64,000 nucleotides of DNA, taken from Candidatus Omnitrophota bacterium. GTDB taxonomy: Bacteria > Omnitrophota > Gorgyraeia > Gygaellales > Profunditerraquicolaceae. Of the stretch, positions 1-12,000 are shown piece after piece (positions within the stretch are counted from its first letter, which is position 1; each line of letters starts with the position of its first letter). The notes below the pieces were generated by a model. It had not been told where the DNA came from, made no database searches, and saw only the letters and a list, made by a program, of their open reading frames with translations. The stretch spans positions 142,932-206,931 of the forward strand of contig JAUSED010000005.1 of assembly GCA_030650425.1 (NCBI GenBank). Direction: 5' to 3'. The translations under genes were made by a program, and so were the position numbers.

Positions 1-64
1 AATATGCGGTTCTGCTCATTACGGTTATGCCAAGTTTGGTTCCGATCTTGATGGAAATGTATTC

Positions 65-3000
65 TTGAGAATGCCAGAATCGGAAGAAGGCATCGGGACC
101 GCGAATTTTATTATAACCAGCCTCTCATTTTTAATACAGGAATTGGTTGGAAAAGATAAATTTGCAGGCTGCGAGTTTTTGATCCGCTTTGTTAATGAAG
201 GAGATAATTTCGCAAAAACCTTCTTTTTCGGCGAATCTTCTAATGTAGAAAACCACCGCAATCTAATAATCCGTTATTCCGCCTCGCCGCTGGCCGATGA
301 GGAAAATAGAAACGACCTTTCAATCATAAGGCATAAAGAAAGCAAGGGTCTTGTTGAAATGATTCTAATGCGGTCATTAGAAAAAGGCCTTCTAAGCAAG
401 GAGGAGGTAAGATCATTCTTTGGTTATCTGCTTGAGATCTATAAACAGATAACTCTGGAAGCTCCTAAGGTTTTCGAAGTAATCAGCCTGTTGATTGATC
501 AAGATGCTATGATTCGGAATAATATTGATGTGCTCAAGGGTAGAATTCTTGATCTGATAAAAAATGAAGTTTGGGGGATTTATGGGAGATTTCACGCGTT
601 TAAATTTTTAAAAACAATTCTTACAAAAACGAAGTTTTTAACCAAAAATAATATTCTGGGAGCAATAGACTTTGTCAATAAGATTATTCTGCAGCACGGA
701 AGTGAAGTGTATAAAGTTTTTGAATCACTTGAGGACCTTTTTATCGCGGCACAGTTCTCTACAATGTCCGGCGGTGTCCTTGATTTTGAACGCTTAGATA
801 GACTCGCGAATGTTGGAAAGAGCAAGCTTTGGAAAGTTTACGCATCCTTAGCCAAAGCGCAGATTATCCCGCAAGAAAACACTAAGGATGTTGAAAACTT
901 ATTAACCGAAGCAATCCCTAAGCATATATATATACCCGGATACCCGCCTTATGTTCCTGAAGAAGCTTATGACGCCCTGATTGAATGGCAGGAAGCAGGG
1001 GCCTTAACTACTTCTAATATAGGGAGAATTGCGCAGATATTCAGGAATGTGGGAGACAGCGCGCATCAAGCAAAGATTGACGCAGGCCAGACTGGATTAT
1101 TCTTGGGTGCTTTCGGCCGTTTACGCGCCGTTAATGCGGCGAATCTTAATGAAATTGAGCGCGTCTTTATTTATTTTATAGAACAAGACTTGCAAAGGAA
1201 AGATAAAGGCCAGCTTCTTGAAAGTATAACAAACCTTATGGATGCAATAGATAGGCTGGTGGATCGTAAAGATGTGGATAGAAGCCTTGTGATGCCTGTT
1301 TATTTCAGCCAGCTTGAAGTTGTTAAAGATATTCTATGGCTGCATAAATTTTATCGAGATGGAAAATTTGGCGGTCTATTAGTTAAAAGTATTAAGGAAT
1401 ATAAAACAGGACAGAATCCTCAGGCAGAACTTTATGAAAATGTTCAACAGGATTTAATATATAGGCTTCAAGAATCTAAGTGGGTGCCGATTGATGGATT
1501 AAAAGTTTTGACTGTGCGCAGAATATTAATGAGCAGCCGCTTGGATTATGCTTTAGATAACTTTGGGCCAATACATCAAATATATCTTAACAACGGTCTT
1601 GACGGAAGGAAGACAGGAAATTCTCTGGATGACCGAGAGATTATGCGAGCTTGGGTCAGAATTGTGGAGCTGGCTTCTTTTGGAAAAGTTGAAGGCAGCG
1701 CTTTAATTTTTCGCATTGGCGATTCGGAAAGGCTAATCGTGAATTTCGTGAACGGCCAACCGCTGGAAGCGGTATATCCGGAAACTGTTAACGCCTCATT
1801 AAATCAAGCTATTCAGCTAAGGAAGAAATTGCTGATTAAGCGATTAGCAGGGGAGAACGAAGGATTTGAAAGCACTGCCTTGACCCGTTATTTGATACAG
1901 CTTGAGTTGTTACATCTGTCCGGTATTTTAAAAGGCCGCATTTTCTACCCTTCGATGGGTAACGATTATCTGCCCGCTTATTTCGGTACAGTTTTCGCGA
2001 CCAATCTGTATTCTGGATTGGGTGAGGACCTAGAGACGTACCTTGATGGTAAGAATTACGAAAAAGGCATGTTTTTATATGATTATTCGACACTAGCTCA
2101 GATTAAAGCAGACGTGGCTTTGGAGCCGGGATTTTCTCAGACATGGCAGGAGCAAGATACGGATATCCATGTCTTCTGGAAGAATAACTTTGATTTTAAC
2201 GCGTATCTGCCGCAAGCCGCAGCAGAAGGGCCTATGGACACAATAATCATTAAAGGAGTAACCTCTTGGTTAGGGTATTACATGGAAGAAAAAGCTACCT
2301 TGGGAATGACAATTGAACAGGCTATGCAGGGATTTTTTGGGCAGCTTAAGGAGTATTTAATAAAACCCGGCACAGCCATTGTTATTCTTGATTCCGAAGA
2401 TTTATGGATAGAAGATTTTCTCAAAACAACATACGGTTATCAATCTATAAATAAACTGTCCCAATTCAGGGCATTAGCCGAAGATCTTAAGCGCATACCC
2501 GTACGAGAAGAACGCCAATATCTCGGGAGAGTCAATACGCATGTGGGGCTTGTGCCAATAAAAATTCTTATAGCACCACAGTGGGATAATGGGAATAGTT
2601 CCATTAACAAAGTTGTAGAGCAAAAAGTTTCCTCGCCGCTGCAAAGAAACCAAGACGCTTTATCTAGCCCATTATCTAACAAGAAGTTGAGCAGAGGGGA
2701 CAGCGTCCGATTCAACAGCAGTGTAGACAGTTTATCCAGCCCATTATCCAGTAGGGAGTTACAAAACACTTCCGCCGCCTCGCCGGTTTCGAGAAAGAAA
2801 GAATTACAGAGGTTACTGCGGCAAGAAATCGCATTAATCAGCATAGGCGGGGCCTTTGTGGATATATTCTTCAATCAGGACGGGTCGGTATCAGAAAAAG
2901 CAGGCGGTTGCGAAGGTAATCTTGTAGTCAACTTTACAAGGATGGATAACAGAGCAAAAGCGCTTTTGGTTAGCAATCTGGGGGCTGATAAACACGGACT

Positions 3001-6000
3001 GTTTTTACGCGATTTGTATGGAAGAATCGGCATGAATTTGGCAGGGCTCTTTTATGAAAAAGGCCTGCCCACAGGCACTGTTGAAGTGAGGCGGGAATTT
3101 GACGGTCGCGGTAATGAAATTTCCCATAGATTTGATATAGACGATGGAGCATACCCTCAGCTTTCTGTTGGGAAAATTGTTTCATTAGAAAAAGTTTTTC
3201 AGAAGGCCAAATTCTTACATTTTGGTTTAACTGCATTATTTCCTGCAACCCCTGTTGCAAAGGCGGTAAAAAAGGCTGTTGAATATGCAGAGCAATATTC
3301 TCTTCTGGTTTATTTTGACCCTAATATCAGGATTTCTTCTTGGGTTAAGATGTTCGGTACTCATGAACTGGCGGCTAAGAAAATAATCGATACAGTCAAG
3401 GATACCCTCAGGTATGCGCATATTATTAAGATAAGCGATGAAGAGTTGTTTTTCTTGAACGGAACAGAAAATAACCATAGCGGCATAGAAGAAGAGATTT
3501 TTAAGTTTGTGAGTGAATACAAGGAGTTAAAGTGGGTTCTATTGCTTGTTACCTGCGGCGAAAGGGGAAGCGAGTATGTTTTTCGCGGCAGTGGCACTGA
3601 CAACAAGAGAGAAATTGCCGCGGGCCATATTGAGGTGTATAAAAAATGGCCTTTTATAAGCGCTGTAGGCGCCGGAGATTCATTCAATGCCGCGGTAATT
3701 TCACGTTTATATCAGCTGCTTAAAGAGAAAGAGCTAAGCCGTATGACAGAAAAAGAATTGATGGATATCTTGAACTTTGCTTCTAAGGTTGCGGCTAAGG
3801 TTGTATCACAGGAAGGCGCTGTGCTTGAAAGAGAATGGAGGGGTAGGAAAACATCCAGCCCTCTTGACCTAAACGAGCTTATAAATGATCAGCTCAATGA
3901 TGTTCTGTTTAAGGCGCAAACGTTAGCAGCATCCGGAGACCATATAACTGCCCTATGGTTTTTAATGAATACGGCTAATCTCAGCATTTTAATTAACAGC
4001 TATAAGGGCAATCCGAAAAATATCGAGAGAATCAAAACCGCCCTTGAATTAGCAAAAAACTTGAAAAAAGCCCAAGAAGAAGCCAATGGGATTCTAAGCA
4101 GAGGCGCTCAGGATGCAATCAATAAAAGAATCGCCTTGAATAGAGAGCGCGTAGAAAAACTTCTGATTCCGGTTACGGATATCAAAGACATCCGTCAATA
4201 TCTACCGTATTTCGGGACATATGCCGTGGCGGGCATGCGTATCGAGAAAGTAGTGCATGTTTACGCGCCTTCTGTTATTGACGATATCAGCGCGGTAATT
4301 TTTAGATACAGGCGGCCGAAAGTCGACAAGAATATTCTTCACTACGCGATTTTTGTATTGGATAAGCCTAAAGCTCCAAGCCACCAGTTAATCGCGCGAG
4401 CTTTTGTGGAGAAGAATTATCAATACCACAACGGAGGCTCTGTTAGCACAACTACTTTTGATAAAAAAAGGAATAGGCAGAACAAAATAGAGGTTAAGTC
4501 GAGCATGGAAAAAGGAATTGCGTTGTTTGTCTATGCAATGTTTCGCTATGGAGGAGAGGTATGGTTATCAGATATTTCCCGGTCTGATTCAGCTACGCGT
4601 ATGTATCAACGTATTAAAGAACGCATCGAGGAAGATTTATACCCGGGGTTATTGATTGAGTATTTTCTTTCTCCAAGAAGGTGGCGTATAAGTATTAATT
4701 CGAATAGCGAATGGCTGCCTCCTATAATTATTACTGAGATTCCTTATTCCCCAAATGATTTAGCCAGCAGCCCAGTGGTTCAAAAAAATATAGAGATAGC
4801 AGAAAGCGCCGCCTCGCCGGCGTCCCCAATTTCTTTTGGGAATAATTCTATAAAAGTAGAAGTTAATGATTTGATTAGAGCTATAGAAACCGCTCTTGGT
4901 TTTGAGGGGGAAATTGAATTTGACGCAGTTAAGGCCGCCATTAAAAGCGCAGATAGGCTTTCTGAGTTAGGCGTATTAGCTACAGAAGCTTTGCCCGTGT
5001 TAATTAAAGCCGCGAAAGAACAGCGTTTTGACGACGATGGTGTATTTTGCCGCGACCATTTTATCGCAGCCTTAATACGGATATCTCCTGTTGAGGAAAG
5101 AGTAGAGAATTGTTTGGCAGAAATTATTTTAAGTGACCCCAATGAATATTCAAGAAGCGCAGCTGCAAGGCAGTTAGTAGAAGGGCTACAAATTCCTTTT
5201 AATAGTTTGGCGAGATCTGCTTTAGAGAAAGGCGTTCAGGAGAAAAATTGGCGGATTTCTAACCCATGCAAAAAAGCTTTAGGCTTGCGTTCCAGTTCGC
5301 CTTTCAACTCAGGCCGTGACAAGCTTAATCCGTTTGTGATACTAACAAAAAGTAAGTTACGGGAGTTATCTATAACTAACCCTATGGCTTGGCATTACTT
5401 GCAAGCTAAGCGTATTGAGGACGGAATAGATGTTTATGTGAAGAATATTAGCAAAGCACCCGAATTTGCCAAAAGGTTTAATGAAATATTCAAGGAGGTT
5501 GAAGCAAAAAAAGATGAATTGCAGAAGCTTGGGTTAAGAGAACAAATAAGCGAGATTTATGAAATAATGTTAAGGGCTTTTCCTAGGTTAGTATATGAAA
5601 AAGGCTATTGTGTGTTTACCGCGGCTGGAATGGCAAGATCCCTGAGAAATATTGGGCACAAGGATATCGCAATATACAGAATAATAGCATTAACTCAATC
5701 GTTTGTAATTAAAGAAGCTGGAGAAGAAAGCGAGTATATTTATATCGACCATAGGGCAGAGCAATTTATTATAAGAGAACCTATAATAGAATCTATAATG
5801 GAACCTAGAGGTATGAAAGAGTTGTTGTGTTTAAGTTTACCTAGTATAGATAAAATTTCCAGTTCGCCGCTGAAAGAAATAGTTGGAGCGACGGTGGTGA
5901 CGCGAGGCGCCGCCTCGCCGGTTTTGGGAAAAATAGAACTATTTCTAATTTTAAATAGATTTGATTTGAATTTCGCGAATACTACTAAAATGCTTTATAT

Positions 6001-9000
6001 TACGGGTTACAAGCGTGGATTTGTTCTTGAAGGCAGTGGCAGCGATAAGCGAGTCTACAACCGCGGCATTATATGTTCTTTTAAAACGAGCAGCAATTCT
6101 TACAATGGAGCTAGTTATATTCAGGACAGCAAATATTTTTATGAAATTAAGAATATTTTCTTCTTGGGCAGGAGTCAGTGTAGGATACACCAAGAGTTCG
6201 TATTCGGTGAGGACAGAGATACTGGCTTTAATTCTTTTATTCTCGAGCTCCTCAATAAAAGCGGTAACGCTTTTATCTCCTCGCAGGTGATCAATAATAA
6301 TATTGGTGTCGATAAGGTATCGCATAGATTAAGAGCTAATTCTTTTAAGAACACCGGTTTTCCATTCCCTGCGGATTTTATTTTCAAAGGCAATTCCTTT
6401 GGGGGCTTTACTCAAGATACCCGAGCTTCTCCTGATGAGATTAATAGTAGTAGAAATAGCGGCTTTTTTAAAAGAAAGTGGTATAGTTATCATCCACTTG
6501 ATATCTTCGATCTTTTCCTCAAGGGTTTCCAGCAATTCCATAGTTTTATTATCCATCAAATACCTCCTGCTTTAGTAACCGAGATAAATATATCACATAG
6601 GCATAAAGGAGTCAATATTTATCTAGGAAGCTGTTTCCGTCCACCTGACGCCTCCGCCGCCTCACCGGTGGCGAGTGTAGTCAGTACGCAATATGACAGT
6701 GTAGTATGGGCGGAGAAGGTGGAAGAGGTATCCGGAAATCCGGTAGAGCGCTTAGCGCAGATTATCCAGATTGCGGCGCAGAATGATATACAAGCTATAA
6801 GAACCGGGCTTATCGGGCTGCTTAATCTATTAAGAAAACACAACCGGCTCTATCGCTATCAAAGCGCAAGGCTGCTTTCCCAATTAGCTAAAATAGAGTT
6901 TTATGAGAAAATACTGCGCTCTATCGGCGGAGGAAAACTGATTGGCTTAATTCATTTGATCCCCCTTGAAGAAAGATTTGCATTTGAGGTCCCCGATTTT
7001 ATCGTTCTTCCTCCCGAGCTCAGCAAAGAAGCGGAAGAACGGATTTTTGATTTACTGGAGGAAGGCGTTTATATCTTAAGGAGCAGTTCATTCTTTGAAG
7101 ATACAGAAGGTTTTCCGATACGCGGCGCGTATGAGTCGGTATTTTTTGTCAAAAACCCCCAACAAAATGAATATCGCAAGGGATATGATTTAGAAGTTTT
7201 TAGGAACGTGAGGGTAAAAGTAAACAGAAGCTTTAGAGACTTTAAATACGCTGAAGATAGGCTATGCTTATTGTTAGAGCGGGTTCCGGGCCATACGGTG
7301 ACACTTAAGATTGGTTATGCTAATCGCAGCTGCTATTTTCCGTCGTTTTCAGGTGTTACTAAATATAATCCCTATAAACTAAGCCACATAGTATCGGAAA
7401 TAAATCCCGGTTTGAATACCCCCACGGTTAAAGGAGGATATCACCGGTTCGTCGATAAGGATACTGAAAGCGGAGAAATAAAGGTTCCAGAAGTTTCCCG
7501 GACTTTGCGGCTTTATGGGACTGGGGATGTAATAGATATTTCACGTAACAAGTTAATCAGCGCAGACATAGTGAATAACACCTTGTCATTATGGGTAGAT
7601 GATTCAGATAGTTATAAAGATACATCTTTGATTAAAGGCGTCCATGAAAAATTAAGCGCTATTATCTTGAGCTTAAAAGAAGATTCAGGCTATAGGGAAT
7701 TAGAGTGGTCGTTTGATTCCGGAAAGCTTTATGTCTATCAGAATACGCCAAGTAAAATATGCCGTTCTTTGTCAAGAATAAAGGTAGATATACCAGTTGT
7801 CCCTGAAGAGCGCCTGATTGTCTCTTGCGCCGGTGTCTTTGGCCACGGCGAATTCACCGGCCCCTTAGTTTGGGTTAAAGACAGAGATGAAATTATGTTG
7901 AAACGAGAGGAATGCAAGCGCATAGCCAGAGAGTTTCCCCGAGGGTATATTTTAATAGGCAGCCGTTATTTGTTTATGGATCCAGACATGGAATACGCAA
8001 CCAGCCAATATTTTGATTCAGCTTTAGGCAGACTCAAAGGCTGGGTAGACACAAGCGGCTTGCCGCTTTCCATTTGCGCGCATTACGCGGAGGGATTAGT
8101 TGACAAGAATATTATAGTTATTTCTCAGTCAGCTATCGATTACACTAAACTGGAGCGCTTCTGTGATCAGCAATTAAAAACCGGTATTTTCGATGATTAT
8201 TATGAGATACGTTATAGCGAGGCTTTATTCCGCATCGCCGCCAATGCTCTGCAAGATAGGGGCATACTGTATCTGGCCAGCTCTCCTGGCCCCGCCGCTT
8301 CGCCGCTTAACAACGATGATCAATTTAATGCCAACATGCCAAAATCAAGAGAAGATGGCGAATTAAAGGGGTATTTCGTCCTGGCGGTACAAAACACCAG
8401 AAATGTAGACACTTTACGTAACTCATCGACTATCAGCGAGTTATGTAACAAATACGATAAGGACAATATTACACAAACCAATACCGCCGCCTCGCCGGTT
8501 TCGGAAAATAGGAAGGGACAATTCTATCGTAACTGTTCATCGGCCATGGAGATAGACAGAAACGGTCTGAAGGATTTCGACGGGTTAAAAGTTATAGATA
8601 ATGAGGAAGGGATTTTTCTGGTTTCGAATCGTCTTGGTGTCAGAATCAAAGCTCAACGAAAGTCAATCGAATTTGAATTTATTTCCTCTCCGCTGTTGTC
8701 AACCGATGTACGCCTGCGAAGTGTACAATGGGGTAGCTCTCCGGTAGAAAATAGTAATTTTGAAAAAGCATATTTTGGTATTTTAAGAGAAATTTTCGGC
8801 AGTGAAAATAAAAAAATATGTTTCCATAGCACTGTAATCTTGGCTTTATATCTTGAAAGAAGCAGGCATAAAATAAAGATACTACCTTCCAAAGAAATTC
8901 CCCCTGTTCCTTGTTTCAGTGAGACATACAGCGAGATAAAAATAGGAGTTTTTGTAAATAAAATAACGGGTAGTTATTCTTTACAGCATTGGTTAGAATT

Positions 9001-12000
9001 TACCAGTTTAGGGAGAAGATTTTATTTAGATGCGGTCTATAATTCATTATGGGGCAATGGCCGAGACAGGATTATTTACGAAGAGATATATCCATGCTTG
9101 TTAGAAAATAAATACAGTCTTTACCCAATCCACGATATGGAAAAATTTTTACATAGCGGTGATTCTCAAATAAGAGAGCTAATGGTTGCAAAAGGAGAGG
9201 CTATATTGCGAGATGAGTGGAGGGTGTTTGGAACAGGTGAGATAGCGCTTCTAGATTTTCTGCCTCGATTATCGAACGGAGTAAATATCGCAAAAGCTGT
9301 TAGAAAGCTTATCGATGCATCTGTATCTTTGGAAGAGAATGCCAATGGTTTTATTCTAAATAAGGAAACTTACAATGCCTCGCCGCTGGCTTCTTGTAAC
9401 TTGGAAAAAATAGAGACGGTTAACTTTTTGAGTTATAGGCGAAAGATGTCTTTACGGCAGAAAGTGCTAAATGAGAATCGAGCTGCTTCACCCATGGGTA
9501 TTCCTAATAAGGTCATAACGAAAGAGCGGTTTGATGACCTCCTTAAAATTAAAAATTATGCTAATCCTCACGGTGAATATAAGAAGGTCTGGTATCCAGC
9601 TTCTGCTTCTGATGTGGGATTAGCCCTGTATGTTACTGATGGAGACAAATTTATCCTTTCAAATTTTGAGCATTTTGGAAATATGGATGATTTCAAAAAG
9701 TTTCCTGATGATGAGAAAGAAAAGCATTATTTCTTAAGGCGCACACGTAGCTGGCTTGAAGAAGTTCACTATGAAAACAGAATAAGCGCGCAGATTTTCT
9801 CTGAGTTAGAAGCGTTGGGCATAGATTACAATGATGTAGAAAAGTCAAAGATTAATGATGCCACTTTTAAATTGGTATTTAATTGGCGGCATCCTTTAGG
9901 CAATAGAACTAAGGAAAGAGTTATCGAATATAGAAATATACCCGTTCAAAGGCCGCCGTATTATCCGGAAGAGAAAGTAGATATCATAATAATTAAAGCA
10001 TTAAACGGATTCAATTTAGATCCAGAGGGCCTGTTTTTTATTTTAAATCCAGATGGGCTTATAATCAGCGATTTCTGTTTCAGCGATGTTTGGTATGAAA
10101 GAGTAAAAAATAGTCCTATTGCATTGAAGCTTAACAATAAATTTGGGTATAGTGCTAGGCATATCTGGTGGGCATTAGGAGAGGCGATTGAACTAGCAAG
10201 AGGCGAGGATGTATTTTTGTACAAGAACACCCCCGCCGCCTCGCCGGTTTCGGATGAAATAGGAGGACAGCCCCGTAGTAAGAGCAATTTTGACAATGAA
10301 TTTGCAGGGGCTGACCCTAAAGCTTTTTCAGGAGTAGTTATTTATGCGGGAGGATTATTTTCTTTTATAAGAGAGGACGGCGAAAAGGTCCACCGCAATA
10401 ATAATAAAAGCAATAATATAAAGAAGTGTCCAGTTATCCATAATGGGTTATTTCTTTCCCTTGATTACCCGGAGGAATATAACAAGGGCCAAGAGCCCCG
10501 CCAGGATATAGAAAGCCAGAAAGTTCATCGTTATTCTTTTCCCAATCCTACAAGAAATGTAAGCCATGGGATTTTACCCGAAGCAGTCGGGACAAATACG
10601 CCTACCACTAAGGACCCAAGCAATATCTTTGCTCCGTCCAGAAAGAAGTCAGATAGAGTGTCTCATTCTTGGCCAGATAACATACACCCCTATTCTATTG
10701 TCTTCAGGAATTTTGTCAAGAGTTTCCCCTTACGGAAATCCGCCGCCTCGCCGGTGGAAAATCGATATACGGATACATGGCTCAATGGATTACCTCTATT
10801 GCAGATCTTGGGAATCTTTGGAGGGATTAAGCGGCAACCGTTCTACTTCGATATGAAGGGCCGTATCGTACAGGCATACGGATGGGATGGCTTGCTAGAT
10901 GCTGTCTTGACGGCTAGGGATTCAGGGGGCGATACGTCCAGATACATAGAGAATAATGACTATATCAAATATATTGACTATTTAATCAGAGAAAGCCGCT
11001 GGGATACAAGCGCCGCTGATAATTTTAGCAAGTTACTGTTGAGTATAAAGGGCGAAGACGCATTCATAACTTTTAGTCAGGAAGTTCTGTCGGGGCTTTT
11101 GACGATAGTGGAAAAACATATTGAGGCCTATGTTGAAAGTCGTCATCTTTTCCGCGCACCGCAGGAGACCGTGGTCCAGCGGCCGGAATCTTATCGTACG
11201 GTGAAAAATATTTATAGAACGGAAACAGTTTCCTTCACAGAATGGAAACAGCTTTCATCTCTTTTGATGGCGGTATCAGAATCTAATCGTATTGGCGCGC
11301 TTATCCTATTGCTCGGGAACCAATGGGCGGCTAATTCCGCCTCGCCGGTGACGCTTGATGAAAGAAGAAACGTATTATTCCTTATCCCTATGGAGATGAT
11401 ACGCAGTGCTGGTAATAATAAGGAGGTTTCCGTTAAGTTGGGCTGGCCGTATGGACTTAAGGGCTTCCAGCAATACTCTATGTACTTTATCCATGGTTTC
11501 GGGAGTAATCCGCAAGATAATAATACCAGTATGATTTCCCAGTGGATAGAGCGCAATATTGGAAAAGTCCCGGTCTCGCGTAAGCAAAACAGCCTTGCGG
11601 GATTTGGCGATTGCTATAACCCTGCCATTAACCGCTTCAGCTTGTTTCAGTTCTTTGAGAGTAACGCAGTCAAAGCCTGCTTTGCGCAGCAGGTTTTCGG
11701 TTTCTTTCCAGACACAATGGTCAAGCAGGAACATAAGATTACAGGTTTAATGGGAATGTTGAAGTTCCTCCGCGAAATGAATTTCTTCTTCATCGAGGAA
11801 TTGATTGGCAAAGGCTATGCAGGCAAATATGTCTTCTACTTTCAGATCAGGATAGAATTTGTCAGAACAGATATCTTTAGGGGAATATCCGCTAGCCAAA
11901 AGCTCCATAACCATAGAAACAGCTATACGGGTGCCCTTAATATGGGGTTTACCATGGAGTACGTGTGGATCAATAGAAATTCTTTCCAGCAACCTTTTGT

